IMG/VR virus record: IMGVR_UViG_3300022752_000087
Span: 1-54,589 of that record
Source: a virus
Taxonomy: Duplodnaviria > Caudoviricetes
DNA: 54,589 bases
Direction: 5' to 3' (one strand)
Shown piece after piece: positions 14,878 through 24,194 of the stretch (position 1 is the stretch's first letter; every line of letters starts with the position of its first letter). A program made the translations under genes and the position numbers. The notes under the pieces were generated by a model that made no database searches, was not told the DNA's origin, and worked only from the letters and a program-made list of their open reading frames with translations.

Positions 14878-15807
14878 ATGGCCGGTCCCAAACCCACGAA
14901 CCCCTCACTCTGGTCCAGCGTCAAGGCGCAGGCTAAGGCCAAGTTCGATGTGTACCCCTGTGTACCGCTGACGACCCGTGCGGTTACTCCCGCAGGACTT
15001 GTGCACCATGATCAACTCAACGTCGGGGATACGATACTCGCATATGATGTAGAGGTCGGGCGGTTGGTGTGGAGTCCTGTGACCGCAGTGAATGTCGTAG
15101 ATACTGCCCCCATGGTCAGATTGTATAAGAAGACGGGGTTTTCGGTGCTATGTACGCCGGGCCATAAGTGGGTCGTGGAGCGTGCTATGAGTACCGGCGG
15201 TAAGACTGGTATCCATGGGCATAAAGGGGTGCGCACTCTTCATCGTGACCTACTAGCAGCGCGCGACCTTAATACGCACATGGATATTGTGTGGACTGGG
15301 CACCCATTGGAAGGTAGTGGCGCGTGCCTCGATCACTGGGGCAAGCATGAGGCGTGGACGCCACGAGTTTTGAGTATGACGCCAAGCGAGCGCGAAGCGT
15401 TTTTGTCCGCAGCTATTGTCTATGACGGATGTGACCAAGGCGCGACTATCAAACGGGAGGGCCGCACCTTCGGGTTCACACAGAAGAATGAGGACCACTT
15501 TTTTGCTGCGGTCTTGGCAGCATTTTGTAATGGCTACTACGTATCAATGTACCAGAAGACCGATACTATGCATGGTGCGGTGTTCATACGAGGTAAGCGC
15601 ACGCATAACACACAGAATCTTCGTGTGGAGCCAGCAGGTGAGCAAGCAGTCTGGTGCCCGACTACCGAGCATAGTACGTGGGTAATGGTACAAGACGGCA
15701 CCATATGCGTCACCGGCAATAGTGCCTATGCGAATGCATGGGCTGCCAAGGAGTACAAGAAGCGCGGCGGCGGATGGAAGGGTCCGGATAACCGGGTGAA
15801 GAAATGA
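14878..15807 (+). CDS. Intein-containing precursor of a 55-aa basic micro-protein (DUF5872-like N-half)
   Basis: Exteins MAGPKPTNPSLWSSVKAQAKAKFDVYP and SAYANAWAAKEYKKRGGGWKGPDNRVKK join into a coherent basic protein. Confidence 0.88.
   Translation: MAGPKPTNPSLWSSVKAQAKAKFDVYPCVPLTTRAVTPAGLVHHDQLNVGDTILAYDVEVGRLVWSPVTAVNVVDTAPMVRLYKKTGFSVLCTPGHKWVVERAMSTGGKTGIHGHKGVRTLHRDLLAARDLNTHMDIVWTGHPLEGSGACLDHWGKHEAWTPRVLSMTPSEREAFLSAAIVYDGCDQGATIKREGRTFGFTQKNEDHFFAAVLAAFCNGYYVSMYQKTDTMHGAVFIRGKRTHNTQNLRVEPAGEQAVWCPTTEHSTWVMVQDGTICVTGNSAYANAWAAKEYKKRGGGWKGPDNRVKK
14959..15720 (+). mobile_element. Intein, 254 aa, with a partial LAGLIDADG-type endonuclease domain
   Basis: Block A CVPLTTRAVTPAG, block B CTPGHKW, block E-like EREAFLSAAIVYDG, block F VWCPTTEHSTWV, block G VTGN followed by Ser+1. 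Confidence 0.92.
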
Positions 15808-16040
15808 GCAAAGGTGGTCTCGGCAAGTGGTTCGGTGAGAAGTGGGTCGATGTGAAGACTGGCAAAGCCTGTGGGCGATCCGGCTCTGAGAAGTCCACCC
15901 GCAAGTACCCGGCGTGTCGCCCAGAGGCTGCGGCCAAGAAGCTCACCCCTTCAGAGCGCAGGACCATGGCCGCAAAGAAGTCCGGACCGGAGCGACAAGC
16001 GTGGCCCGTATCCCCGTCCGGTAAACGGAAAGGTAAGTAA
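15804..16040 (+). CDS. Small basic protein, DUF5872-like (GLGKWFGEKWVDV...CGRS...YPACRP)
   Basis: ATGA coupling; recognisable motif. Confidence 0.8.
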   Translation: MSKGGLGKWFGEKWVDVKTGKACGRSGSEKSTRKYPACRPEAAAKKLTPSERRTMAAKKSGPERQAWPVSPSGKRKGK

Positions 16041-16041
16041 T

Positions 16042-16212
16042 ATGGCGAAGAAACCCGACAAAGTTGCTAAGGTCATGGGTGAGTTCAAGCGTGGCACCCT
16101 CCATGGCGGTATCGATCCGAAGGGGCCTAAGAAGGCTCCTGTCGTGAAGTCGCGCAAGCAGGCCATTGCTATCGCACTCAGCGAAGCGGGTAAAGCAAGG
16201 AAGTCAAAATGA
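16042..16212 (+). CDS. Small basic protein, DUF6496-like
   Basis: KVAKVMGEFKRGTLH...VVKSRKQAIAIALSEAG; ATG at 16042. Confidence 0.8.
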   Translation: MAKKPDKVAKVMGEFKRGTLHGGIDPKGPKKAPVVKSRKQAIAIALSEAGKARKSK

Positions 16213-16547
16213 GCAAGCAGTATATCCGCGTCAAGAAGGACGGGTTCATCTACGAGTACGGCGAACGCCTCGCTGTGCATCCAGAGTGCGAGGTGATCTC
16301 GGAGCAGGAAGCGTACCCTGAGCGCTTTATTACCCCAGCGGTGGAAGAGAAGATCGCAGAGCTTACCAGCACGAAGCGCCCAGCCGGGCGGAAGGGTGCC
16401 AAGGGTACCAAGGGTGCCAAGGATATTGAGCCTCCGGTATTCGATGCTGTCTCGCTCGGTCTTGATCTATCTACTGACATCCCTGACGAACCAGTGTATA
16501 CTGACCCCGAACTGGCTGCGGAAGCTGCACAAGGTTGGCCTGAATGA
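16209..16547 (+). CDS. Hypothetical protein
   Basis: ATGA-coupled on both sides. Confidence 0.75.
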   Translation: MSKQYIRVKKDGFIYEYGERLAVHPECEVISEQEAYPERFITPAVEEKIAELTSTKRPAGRKGAKGTKGAKDIEPPVFDAVSLGLDLSTDIPDEPVYTDPELAAEAAQGWPE

Positions 16548-17188
16548 CCCCTGCGGATATCATCACTGAAGCTCGGGTTCTGGTTCAGGATACACGCGCA
16601 CCATACCGCTATAGCGACACCCTCATGCTTGGTTGGGTGAACCAGACGCTGAAGCGGATGTCGGTGCTGCGCCCTGACCTGTTCTCTTTCATTGGTGATA
16701 TCCCCACGGTCGCTAACACGGTACTCCAAAGCTGCCCCGCTGACTCGCTGCGTCTGGTCGAAATTTTTCAGATCAAGAACGGCGATGCGGTGACTGAGGT
16801 CAACCGCGATGTCCTCGACCAGATGTACCCTAACTGGGTCAATGAAACGGCAGGGACGCCGGTCAACTTCATGCGGCACGTCCGCAGCCCCAACAAGTTC
16901 TTCCTCTACCCCCGCCCTTCGGCGGGCGTTGTGCTTGTGGGTGAGTATGCACAGGTCCCTCCGGTGTACACGATATCTCAAACCATCGGATTGCTGCCGG
17001 ATGCCTACCTCCCTGTCGCCGTCGATGGCGTGGTGTTCCTCGCGGAGTCGGTGGACAACGAGCATGTGAACTCGGGCCGGGCCAAGTTGTTCCAAGACTC
17101 GTTCGCCCAGACACTTGCGACCGGACTTCAGGTCCGCAGCATCACTGACACTGAAGAAGGCGGGATGGACCCGAGACAGGTGATCTGA
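16544..17188 (+). CDS. Head-tail adaptor protein
   Basis: IITEARVLVQD...RYSD..ML.WVN...RPDL and FFLYPRP motifs of podoviral adaptors. Confidence 0.75.
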   Translation: MTPADIITEARVLVQDTRAPYRYSDTLMLGWVNQTLKRMSVLRPDLFSFIGDIPTVANTVLQSCPADSLRLVEIFQIKNGDAVTEVNRDVLDQMYPNWVNETAGTPVNFMRHVRSPNKFFLYPRPSAGVVLVGEYAQVPPVYTISQTIGLLPDAYLPVAVDGVVFLAESVDNEHVNSGRAKLFQDSFAQTLATGLQVRSITDTEEGGMDPRQVI

Positions 17189-17961
17189 TGGCCGACCGCA
17201 CATTTGCCTCGCTCGTCCCCAAGGTCAACCCGAGTGTTCCCGGCTGCCCAACGCAGACGATCATCCAGTATATCCGCGATGCGGCGGTCCGGACCTGCGA
17301 GCGCACCCTCGCGTGGCGGTACCAAGTGCCGTTGTTCGATCTGCTGCCCGGCGTACATGAGTACACATATAACAAGCCAGCGAATGCTGATACCCACGCG
17401 GTCTTCGCGGCCATCGTGAATGGCAGCCACCTCGAAAAACTGACGCTGGATGAAGCACTTCGGCTCTACCCTACATGGGCTGATCTGTACTCCGGCGAAG
17501 ACCCCTCCGTGGTATGGAGCCTTACACCACCGAGTAGCTACAACACTGACGACTACAATGACGCACTGTTCAACGACGGTGAGCCGTTCGTCCTCCCCGA
17601 GTCTGTAGTGGCAGATGCTAGCACGCCGCGTTCGATCTGTCAGATCACCCCTGATAAGTATATTATCTTGCCGCTTCCCGATGCGAATGAAACGTATACG
17701 ATGCGTATGTTTCTGGCGCTCAAACCCAAGCGCACGGCAACGGCAATGGATGAGGTTATCTTCGACGACCTCGAAGAAGTCATCATGCACGGCGCGCTTC
17801 AGCATCTGCTGGTGCTGCCCAACAGCCATTGGACTGATCGGGAGCTTGCGGCATACCACGCCAAGCAGTACACATTTCAGATCGCAGAGCGGCGCGCTCG
17901 TGCCAATCTCGGTAATGTTCGCGGCGTGATGCGCGCCAAGATGCAACCGTTCGGAGTCTGA
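17188..17961 (+). CDS. Second adaptor / tail tubular protein
   Basis: VPGCP...IRDAA...CERT..WR motif; position in the tail module. Confidence 0.7.
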   Translation: MADRTFASLVPKVNPSVPGCPTQTIIQYIRDAAVRTCERTLAWRYQVPLFDLLPGVHEYTYNKPANADTHAVFAAIVNGSHLEKLTLDEALRLYPTWADLYSGEDPSVVWSLTPPSSYNTDDYNDALFNDGEPFVLPESVVADASTPRSICQITPDKYIILPLPDANETYTMRMFLALKPKRTATAMDEVIFDDLEEVIMHGALQHLLVLPNSHWTDRELAAYHAKQYTFQIAERRARANLGNVRGVMRAKMQPFGV

Positions 17962-17963
17962 TC

Positions 17964-20900
17964 ATGGGTGTGAAAGTCGCAAACAACGCCGTAACCACTA
18001 TTCTTAGTGCCATCTCCAGCACTGATATCGGGCTTACTGTCGCCGCCGGTACAGGCGTTCTGTTTCCCGTCCTTGGGACCGGTGACTATTTCTACGCCAC
18101 GCTGACGGACACGGCGGGAACCCGCGAAATCGTGAAGGTCACGGCGCGAGCCAGTGATGCGATGACCATCGTGCGCGGGCAGGAAGGGACGCTCGCGCAG
18201 GGGTTCGCCGCAGGATCGCGGTTTGAGCTTCGCGTTACGGCGGCATCGGTCATCGACCTGATCACGGATCAGGTAGCTCTCAAGGACCAAGCTAGCGAAA
18301 TCGCGTTCACACCTACGGGTAGCATTGCTGCCACCAACGTGCAGTCTGCCATTGTCGAACTGGACGGCGACGTTACCACGTTCAAGGCCGACCTCGCCAG
18401 CACGACAGCGGGTAAGGGGGCGGCGCTGATTGGTCTTGCGCAGGGCGGCGATGCACAAGACATGGCAGATGTCTACAAGAACGCCGTCTTTTCAGCTTCC
18501 TACGCGAGCGTCGAAGCGGCCCACGCTGCCGCAGTATCAGCGAGCAAGACCTACGTAGTCGTTAACTCGGCATGGATGCTGACGGCTAACTTCACGGCCA
18601 CACTCAAGATCATCTTCGCCCCCGGTTTCACTGTTTCGTGTGGGGCCTATACGCTCAACCTAAGCAATGGTTTCCAAGCAGACGACGCGCAACAGGTGTT
18701 CCTCGCTGCCGATGCCAGCAAGATTACTCTCCCGACATGGCAGCGCCTGACCCCGCAGCATTTCGGCGCGAAGGCGGATTATGTCTCCTCCACCTCTGTC
18801 GGGACCGATAACGGTGATGCGCTCAACGCGTGGGCCAACGAGCTTTGTTGGCGGGTGATGCCCGCTGGCAACTACGGCACCACCAAGACGGTGCATTGGA
18901 ACGGCGATCAAAATACCGCAACGGCAGCATTGATAGGCGTCAACATAGCATACTGGGGCATCAGTGCTGATCCGATGGCGCAGATCATCCAGCGCACCGA
19001 TAACATTCCTGTGATGACGTTCTATGGGTACCGTGGAAGCTGGAGCTTCCCGAAGCTTACGTACATGAACGTGCAGCCTGACACCAATTGGGGCGCGGTA
19101 GGCCTGTTGTGCGCGACCAACCCCAGCGGCGGCGGTAATGGGTTTTACATATCGACAGTCCCGTTCCTTTACGTGGAGAACGCTTGCGTCGGCGTGTTTT
19201 TCCCTCGGGCCATCAATTCGACGGCAGCCGCTATCGCATCTGTTGGCGCGACCAGCATCACGGTCAGTGATGCGCAGACAGATGCAGTGGGCAACTTCCC
19301 TTGGGTTCCGGGTATGTGGTTGCAGATTTACACTGCTGCCGGAACATACCATAAAACACGCATCACCGCCGTTTCGGGCGCGGTCCTGACTTTCGACACA
19401 CCGCTGGCTTCGTCCGTGGCTATGGGCGCTCGTGTGGCTGTCGGCCCTTCCGCGTTGAGCGGCGCGGGGGCGACAGCCGCGTACCCGGTCAATTTCCAGA
19501 ATACGTTCTCATACGTGTACATCTACAAACCCAGTCTTTTCGGTTGGGTAGACACCGCAAATGGCACGCAGAACGTGTTTGAAAACAGGTATATTACCGG
19601 GACTTTCCCAGCCCAGCAGTGGAACCCGGATGCCACGATAAAACACGCTATCTATGAGCCTTTTCGCAATGGCGATAAGCACGGAATAACCAATATCGAG
19701 CACTTCAAGTTTACGGGGGATGCATGGCGCGTAGGCCTCGACGAGGTAAGTCTTGGCGCGGTTCACTACGAGGCGTGCCGTCTGACCACTAACGTAACCG
19801 GGCTTCTCGGGGGTAGTTGCCCCACTCTTGTGGCTGACATTATTCAGGTCACGTATTGTGCAATGTTGGCCGATGACATTCCCAGTGTGGCTACGGTTAC
19901 CGGGTCTATTAGCGGGACCACGTTGACAGTGACGGCGGTTACCAGTGGAACTTTGGCGGTGGGCAATACGCTCTACGGGCCGGGGATCGCAATAGGCACC
20001 ACAATCACTGCACTGGGCACCGGCACCGGCGGCGTCGGGACGTACACGGTATCCACCTCGCTGGTCACCTCGCAGACAGTCGCATCAACCACGATCAATG
20101 CGGGCGCTGCTCAAGCCGTGGCGGTGTTTGTCCCGCGAGTGGGTTCCAGCACCAAACTGGGTGCCAACAGGGGTATCTGGAATATTGGTATTCTGGACAC
20201 CAACAAAAGCTTCATCACCCCGGATGTAGGGTTCCTCGTCCGCGATGGGTCGGGCAACCAGACCAAGGTGCAGATCGGAAACTGGAAATACGAACGGGAC
20301 GGCGGTTTGTATCCCACGGGTTCGCTGTCTTCTTCCGTCAACGTAGGTTGTCCAGTAACCATCGGAAATCTTTTTCCCAACAATGTCGTGGCGTGGACGC
20401 TCGATGCGGACATTACTGTCACCGCTGCTCAGACCATGTATCCGTCAAACAAGGGCGAGTACAAGGTCGGCAAAATTGTGTATATGTACCCGACAACCAC
20501 ACCGGCCACAGCGACCGCCGGGGTCTGGAACGAAAGCGGCGCGACCAATCTCGTCGCAGCGTCGGGCACAACAGCGCTTTCGGCGCTGACGGGGCGCACG
20601 ACAACTATCATCGAACCGGGTTTGAGCGCCAATGAAAACAACAAGCTCCGCACGGCAGCAACGCGTATCTATTTCAAGTGCGCGGTAGCCGAGACGGCCC
20701 CGGCTGCGAAAGCTGGCGCGTCGGCGTACCTGACAGGGCGTGACGGGGGTTCTAACAGCACCAACCTCGCATTCATCAACTTTGGTGCGGCGCACGGGTT
20801 CTTGGCGGGTGACACGGTGGTTATCAGTGGCGCAGGCGTTACGCTGAACGCGATCAACGGTACGTTTAAGATTGTGGATGTTCCCTCGGCAACGCAAATC

Positions 20901-21026
20901 ACCATCTACTGTGACAGTGTGAACGCCGTAGGGACATCAGGTTCGCCCATCGCGGACGGCGGCATTTTGGTGCAACTTAAGCCGACGATCAACGTGTTCG
21001 CTCTTGGTGATGATTATGGCTTCTAA
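17964..21026 (+). CDS. Tail fibre/tailspike with beta-helix (pectate-lyase-like) region
   Basis: N-terminal anchor (REIVKVTAR...RGQEGT), PQHFGAKAD...DNGDALN beta-helix entry motif, 1020 aa. Confidence 0.85.
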   Translation: MGVKVANNAVTTILSAISSTDIGLTVAAGTGVLFPVLGTGDYFYATLTDTAGTREIVKVTARASDAMTIVRGQEGTLAQGFAAGSRFELRVTAASVIDLITDQVALKDQASEIAFTPTGSIAATNVQSAIVELDGDVTTFKADLASTTAGKGAALIGLAQGGDAQDMADVYKNAVFSASYASVEAAHAAAVSASKTYVVVNSAWMLTANFTATLKIIFAPGFTVSCGAYTLNLSNGFQADDAQQVFLAADASKITLPTWQRLTPQHFGAKADYVSSTSVGTDNGDALNAWANELCWRVMPAGNYGTTKTVHWNGDQNTATAALIGVNIAYWGISADPMAQIIQRTDNIPVMTFYGYRGSWSFPKLTYMNVQPDTNWGAVGLLCATNPSGGGNGFYISTVPFLYVENACVGVFFPRAINSTAAAIASVGATSITVSDAQTDAVGNFPWVPGMWLQIYTAAGTYHKTRITAVSGAVLTFDTPLASSVAMGARVAVGPSALSGAGATAAYPVNFQNTFSYVYIYKPSLFGWVDTANGTQNVFENRYITGTFPAQQWNPDATIKHAIYEPFRNGDKHGITNIEHFKFTGDAWRVGLDEVSLGAVHYEACRLTTNVTGLLGGSCPTLVADIIQVTYCAMLADDIPSVATVTGSISGTTLTVTAVTSGTLAVGNTLYGPGIAIGTTITALGTGTGGVGTYTVSTSLVTSQTVASTTINAGAAQAVAVFVPRVGSSTKLGANRGIWNIGILDTNKSFITPDVGFLVRDGSGNQTKVQIGNWKYERDGGLYPTGSLSSSVNVGCPVTIGNLFPNNVVAWTLDADITVTAAQTMYPSNKGEYKVGKIVYMYPTTTPATATAGVWNESGATNLVAASGTTALSALTGRTTTIIEPGLSANENNKLRTAATRIYFKCAVAETAPAAKAGASAYLTGRDGGSNSTNLAFINFGAAHGFLAGDTVVISGAGVTLNAINGTFKIVDVPSATQITIYCDSVNAVGTSGSPIADGGILVQLKPTINVFALGDDYGF

Positions 21027-21048
21027 TACCGGAAAGGATCAGTAGGCC

Positions 21049-22770
21049 ATGGCAGCTAGGTTTTGGGTCGGCGGCTCAGGTACGTGGGACAACTCCTCGA
21101 CAGCCAATTGGTCGGCGACCTCTGGCGGGGCTTCCGGCGCGTCTGCGCCGACCACTGCGGACACGGTCACCTTCGACAACAACAGCGGAACGGCGGCAAC
21201 GGTTTCCGTGGCCGCTACGGCTACGACATCGACGTGCACGATCAACAAGTCCGACATCAATCTCAACTTCACGGGTAGTCCCACCTTTACAGGCACAACC
21301 ACGCTGACGGCGGGCACGATCACGCTCAACACGTTCACGCTGACGTGCAGCGCATTTAGCTCCAGCAACTCCAACGTGCGAACCATCGCGTTCGGGACCG
21401 GGGCTATTACCATTACCGCAGGTAACGCAACGGTGTGGAGCACCAGCACCTCGACTAACCTCGTAGTTACGGGCACCCCAACTGTTAACGCAAACTACTC
21501 AGGGTCAACGGGTACTCGGGTCATCGATGCGGGGTTCACGGCAGGTGGGACAGAAGCAAATAGCATCAGTTTCAATATCACTGCTGGTAGTGATGCTCTG
21601 TCTCTATATGGTACCGCTCTGCGGGACATCAACCTGACAGGTTTCTCTGGCATCTGGGGCGCTACCGGAGGTAACAAGACGATGTATGGTAGCCTAACCC
21701 TCGGCCCCACAGCGTCCTTTGTTTCGTCTGGATTTGGGCAGCTTATCTTTTCTGCCACCTCGGGCACCAAGACTATTTCGGTCAACAGCACGACTATTGA
21801 CGGCGCGAATTTTACGATTAACGCTCCCGGTGCAACTTATCAGTTGGCCAGCAACGTGACGCTCGGCACTGGACGCACATGCACGCTTACGGCAGGTACG
21901 CTGGACCTCCAATCCTTTACCCTTTCGTGCGGTGCCTTTAGCGGTTCCAACTCAAACACGCGGGCCATCGCGTTCGGAACCGGCAACATAACCATCACCG
22001 GCAGCGGGACTATCTGGAGCACGGGCACCATTACCGGGCTTACTACGACAGGTTCTCGCGTTGTGAATGTGGCCAACAACACAGCCACTGCCGCTACCGT
22101 CACCAGCGGCGCTCTATCTGAAGCAAACGCCATCGATTTCAACTTCACTACCGGCACGTATGCGCTGACGTTCCCCCAGTTCAATTCGTACACTGCGCGC
22201 AACGTGAACTTCACAGGCTTCGCGGGTACTTGGAATGCTCCAGCCACCCTAACCCTGTACGGCGATCTCACCCTTTCTACCGGGATGACGCTGTCGGCTG
22301 GCTCTAACGCCGTGACACTCGGTGGCACTTCCGGCACCCAGACCGTCACGACCAACGGCAAGACAATTGACTTCCCTCTCACTTTCAACGGCGTCGGCGG
22401 TACGTTCCGCTTTGCCGACGCGCTCACGATGGGATCGACCCGCGCATTCACTGTCACGAACGGCACCGTGCGGCTGAAGGCTGGGACGACCAACACCGTC
22501 GGATCATTCACGACCGGCGCGGGCGCGGCGCAGCGGTTCCTGCAAAGCGACACTCCCGGCACGCGGGCGACAATCACCGATCCCAGCGGTACCAACACCG
22601 CAACATATCTGACGATTCGAGACATTGCAGCTACGGGTGGAGCTACATGGCAAGCATTCCTATCGAGTAACAATGTCGATATGGGTAACAATGTAGGCTG
22701 GGATTTTAACTCTCTGCAAATCGGTCGGTATATGTATAATGTCCGCAAATCCAAACGTGTCCTTCCGTAA
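21049..22770 (+). CDS. Thr/Gly/Ser-rich beta-solenoid virion protein (fibre/adhesin-like)
   Basis: FWVGGSGTWD...NWSATSGG.SGAS.PT..D start; internal duplication. Confidence 0.8.
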   Translation: MAARFWVGGSGTWDNSSTANWSATSGGASGASAPTTADTVTFDNNSGTAATVSVAATATTSTCTINKSDINLNFTGSPTFTGTTTLTAGTITLNTFTLTCSAFSSSNSNVRTIAFGTGAITITAGNATVWSTSTSTNLVVTGTPTVNANYSGSTGTRVIDAGFTAGGTEANSISFNITAGSDALSLYGTALRDINLTGFSGIWGATGGNKTMYGSLTLGPTASFVSSGFGQLIFSATSGTKTISVNSTTIDGANFTINAPGATYQLASNVTLGTGRTCTLTAGTLDLQSFTLSCGAFSGSNSNTRAIAFGTGNITITGSGTIWSTGTITGLTTTGSRVVNVANNTATAATVTSGALSEANAIDFNFTTGTYALTFPQFNSYTARNVNFTGFAGTWNAPATLTLYGDLTLSTGMTLSAGSNAVTLGGTSGTQTVTTNGKTIDFPLTFNGVGGTFRFADALTMGSTRAFTVTNGTVRLKAGTTNTVGSFTTGAGAAQRFLQSDTPGTRATITDPSGTNTATYLTIRDIAATGGATWQAFLSSNNVDMGNNVGWDFNSLQIGRYMYNVRKSKRVLP

Positions 22771-22781
22771 GGAGAATCTTG

Positions 22782-23114
22782 ATGGCGACCAACGCATTCA
22801 GTCCGCTCGGCCTAACAGTTACCTTCACTGCGGCTACCACTGCGCCCACTTCGGCAGCAGCACCGTCATTGGCTCCGACCACACGACCTGCGAGAGAGTT
22901 CCGGGTTGTGAACGCTGGGGCCGAGGTCGTCTTTCTTGGTGTCGGTGTAGATGATACGGCTGCCAAGGCAGCGGCTGTGTCGCTCGCCGCCGGTGCGATC
23001 CCGGTGCTGCCGGGGGCTGTCGAGATTATCGGGCTTCCCGCTGGTTCGTTTTTTACGGGTAGAACAGCGGCCAACACTGCGGTAGTTTACGTCACACCGG
23101 GTGTCGGTCTGTAA
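22782..23114 (+). CDS. Small virion/beta-sandwich protein (ends VYVTPGVGL)
   Basis: RBS AAGGAG, ATG 22782. Confidence 0.75.
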   Translation: MATNAFSPLGLTVTFTAATTAPTSAAAPSLAPTTRPAREFRVVNAGAEVVFLGVGVDDTAAKAAAVSLAAGAIPVLPGAVEIIGLPAGSFFTGRTAANTAVVYVTPGVGL

Positions 23115-23137
23115 GCGCCGCAGTAAGGAGAAGTGAG

Positions 23138-23263
23138 ATGATGAACAAGAAGCCTATGCCCTACAAGAAGGGCGGCATGGTGTTCAAGCCGTGCGCCAAG
23201 TGTCCCTCGCCTGCGAAGTGCAAGGCTATGGGTAAGTGCATGGCCAAGGGCAAAGGGAAGTAA
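23138..23263 (+). CDS. 41-aa Lys/Cys-rich peptide
   Basis: RBS AAGGAG; MMNKKPMPYKKGGMVFKPCAKCPSPAKCKAMGKCMAKGKGK; fills the gap before the endolysin. Confidence 0.7.
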   Translation: MMNKKPMPYKKGGMVFKPCAKCPSPAKCKAMGKCMAKGKGK

Positions 23264-23264
23264 G

Positions 23265-23657
23265 GTGTCCATTGTTCTCGGACAGCGGTCGCTCTCACGA
23301 CTCGAAGGTGTTCATCCCGACCTCGTGCGCGTCGTGAAGAAGGCAGCGGCAATGTCGGACCTCGACTTCACCGTACTGGAGGGTCTGCGGACGCTCGACC
23401 GCCAACGCCAGCTTATGGCTGCGGGTGCGACCAAGACGATGAACTCCCGCCACCTGACCGGGCACGCAGTTGATATCGCACCTATGATCGGCGGAACTGT
23501 TCGTTGGGACTGGCCGCTCTACCATCAGCTTGCCGCCATAGTGAAGGATGCGGCAAAGTCTGAGAACATCCCCGTCCAGTGGGGCGGTGACTGGCGCACG
23601 TTCAAGGATGGCCCACACTGGGAACTCCCGTGGCGCTCATACCCGAAAGGAAAGTAG
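23265..23657 (+). CDS. Endolysin, peptidase M15 family (L-Ala-D-Glu peptidase-like)
   Basis: LEGVHPDL...EGLRT...SRHLTGHAVD...WGGDW..FKDGPHWEL. Confidence 0.93.
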   Translation: MSIVLGQRSLSRLEGVHPDLVRVVKKAAAMSDLDFTVLEGLRTLDRQRQLMAAGATKTMNSRHLTGHAVDIAPMIGGTVRWDWPLYHQLAAIVKDAAKSENIPVQWGGDWRTFKDGPHWELPWRSYPKGK

Positions 23658-23658
23658 C

Positions 23659-23829
23659 ATGAACAAGGACCAACTGTTTGGTATCGTCCGCACCATTGCC
23701 GCCGCTGGCTTTGGCTTCCTCGCGGGCAAGGGCTACCTCGACGGCGCAACCGCTGAGGCTCTCGCTGGCGCTGTGGCTACCATCGGCGTGGCAGCGTGGT
23801 CGGTCTTCTCGAAGAAGCCCGTGGCATGA
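23659..23829 (+). CDS. Putative holin (56 aa, two hydrophobic segments)
   Basis: MNKDQLFGIVRTIAAAGFGFLAGKG...WSVFSKK; directly after the endolysin. Confidence 0.75.
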   Translation: MNKDQLFGIVRTIAAAGFGFLAGKGYLDGATAEALAGAVATIGVAAWSVFSKKPVA

Positions 23830-24047
23830 TCAAGTTCCTGACGCTCCTCATGTCGCTCATCGAGCGGTTCTTCCTCTCGCAGGAGGCTGCAAAGCTACGA
23901 CAGGAGGGGCGTCGGGAAACGATCAAGGAGATCAACGATGCGATCAATCGTCAGGTGGAGCTTGGTGAAGCTGCCATCTCTGTTCCTGATCCTGAGCGCA
24001 CTGAGCGGTTGCGTAACAGGTTTGACCGGAGCCGGGGCGACAAGTGA
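23826..24047 (+). CDS. Putative i-spanin (Rz-like)
   Basis: N-terminal hydrophobic stretch then coiled coil; overlaps a lipoprotein ORF. Confidence 0.65.
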   Translation: MIKFLTLLMSLIERFFLSQEAAKLRQEGRRETIKEINDAINRQVELGEAAISVPDPERTERLRNRFDRSRGDK

Positions 24048-24180
24048 ATACTGCCGTATTGCCCGACCGATCTCTTATGATGGCAAGGCTGATACGCCGG
24101 AAACGGTCAAACAAGTCGAGAATCACAACAGCCAGTATGTCTGCCTATGTGAGAACGACTGTCCCGCCGGGACAAAGTAG
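23965..24180 (+). CDS. Putative o-spanin (Rz1-like lipoprotein)
   Basis: GTG start after GGAG; MKLPSLFLILSALSGC lipobox; overlaps the i-spanin in another frame. Confidence 0.75.
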   Translation: MKLPSLFLILSALSGCVTGLTGAGATSEYCRIARPISYDGKADTPETVKQVENHNSQYVCLCENDCPAGTK

Positions 24181-24194
24181 GGTAAGGTAGCCGT

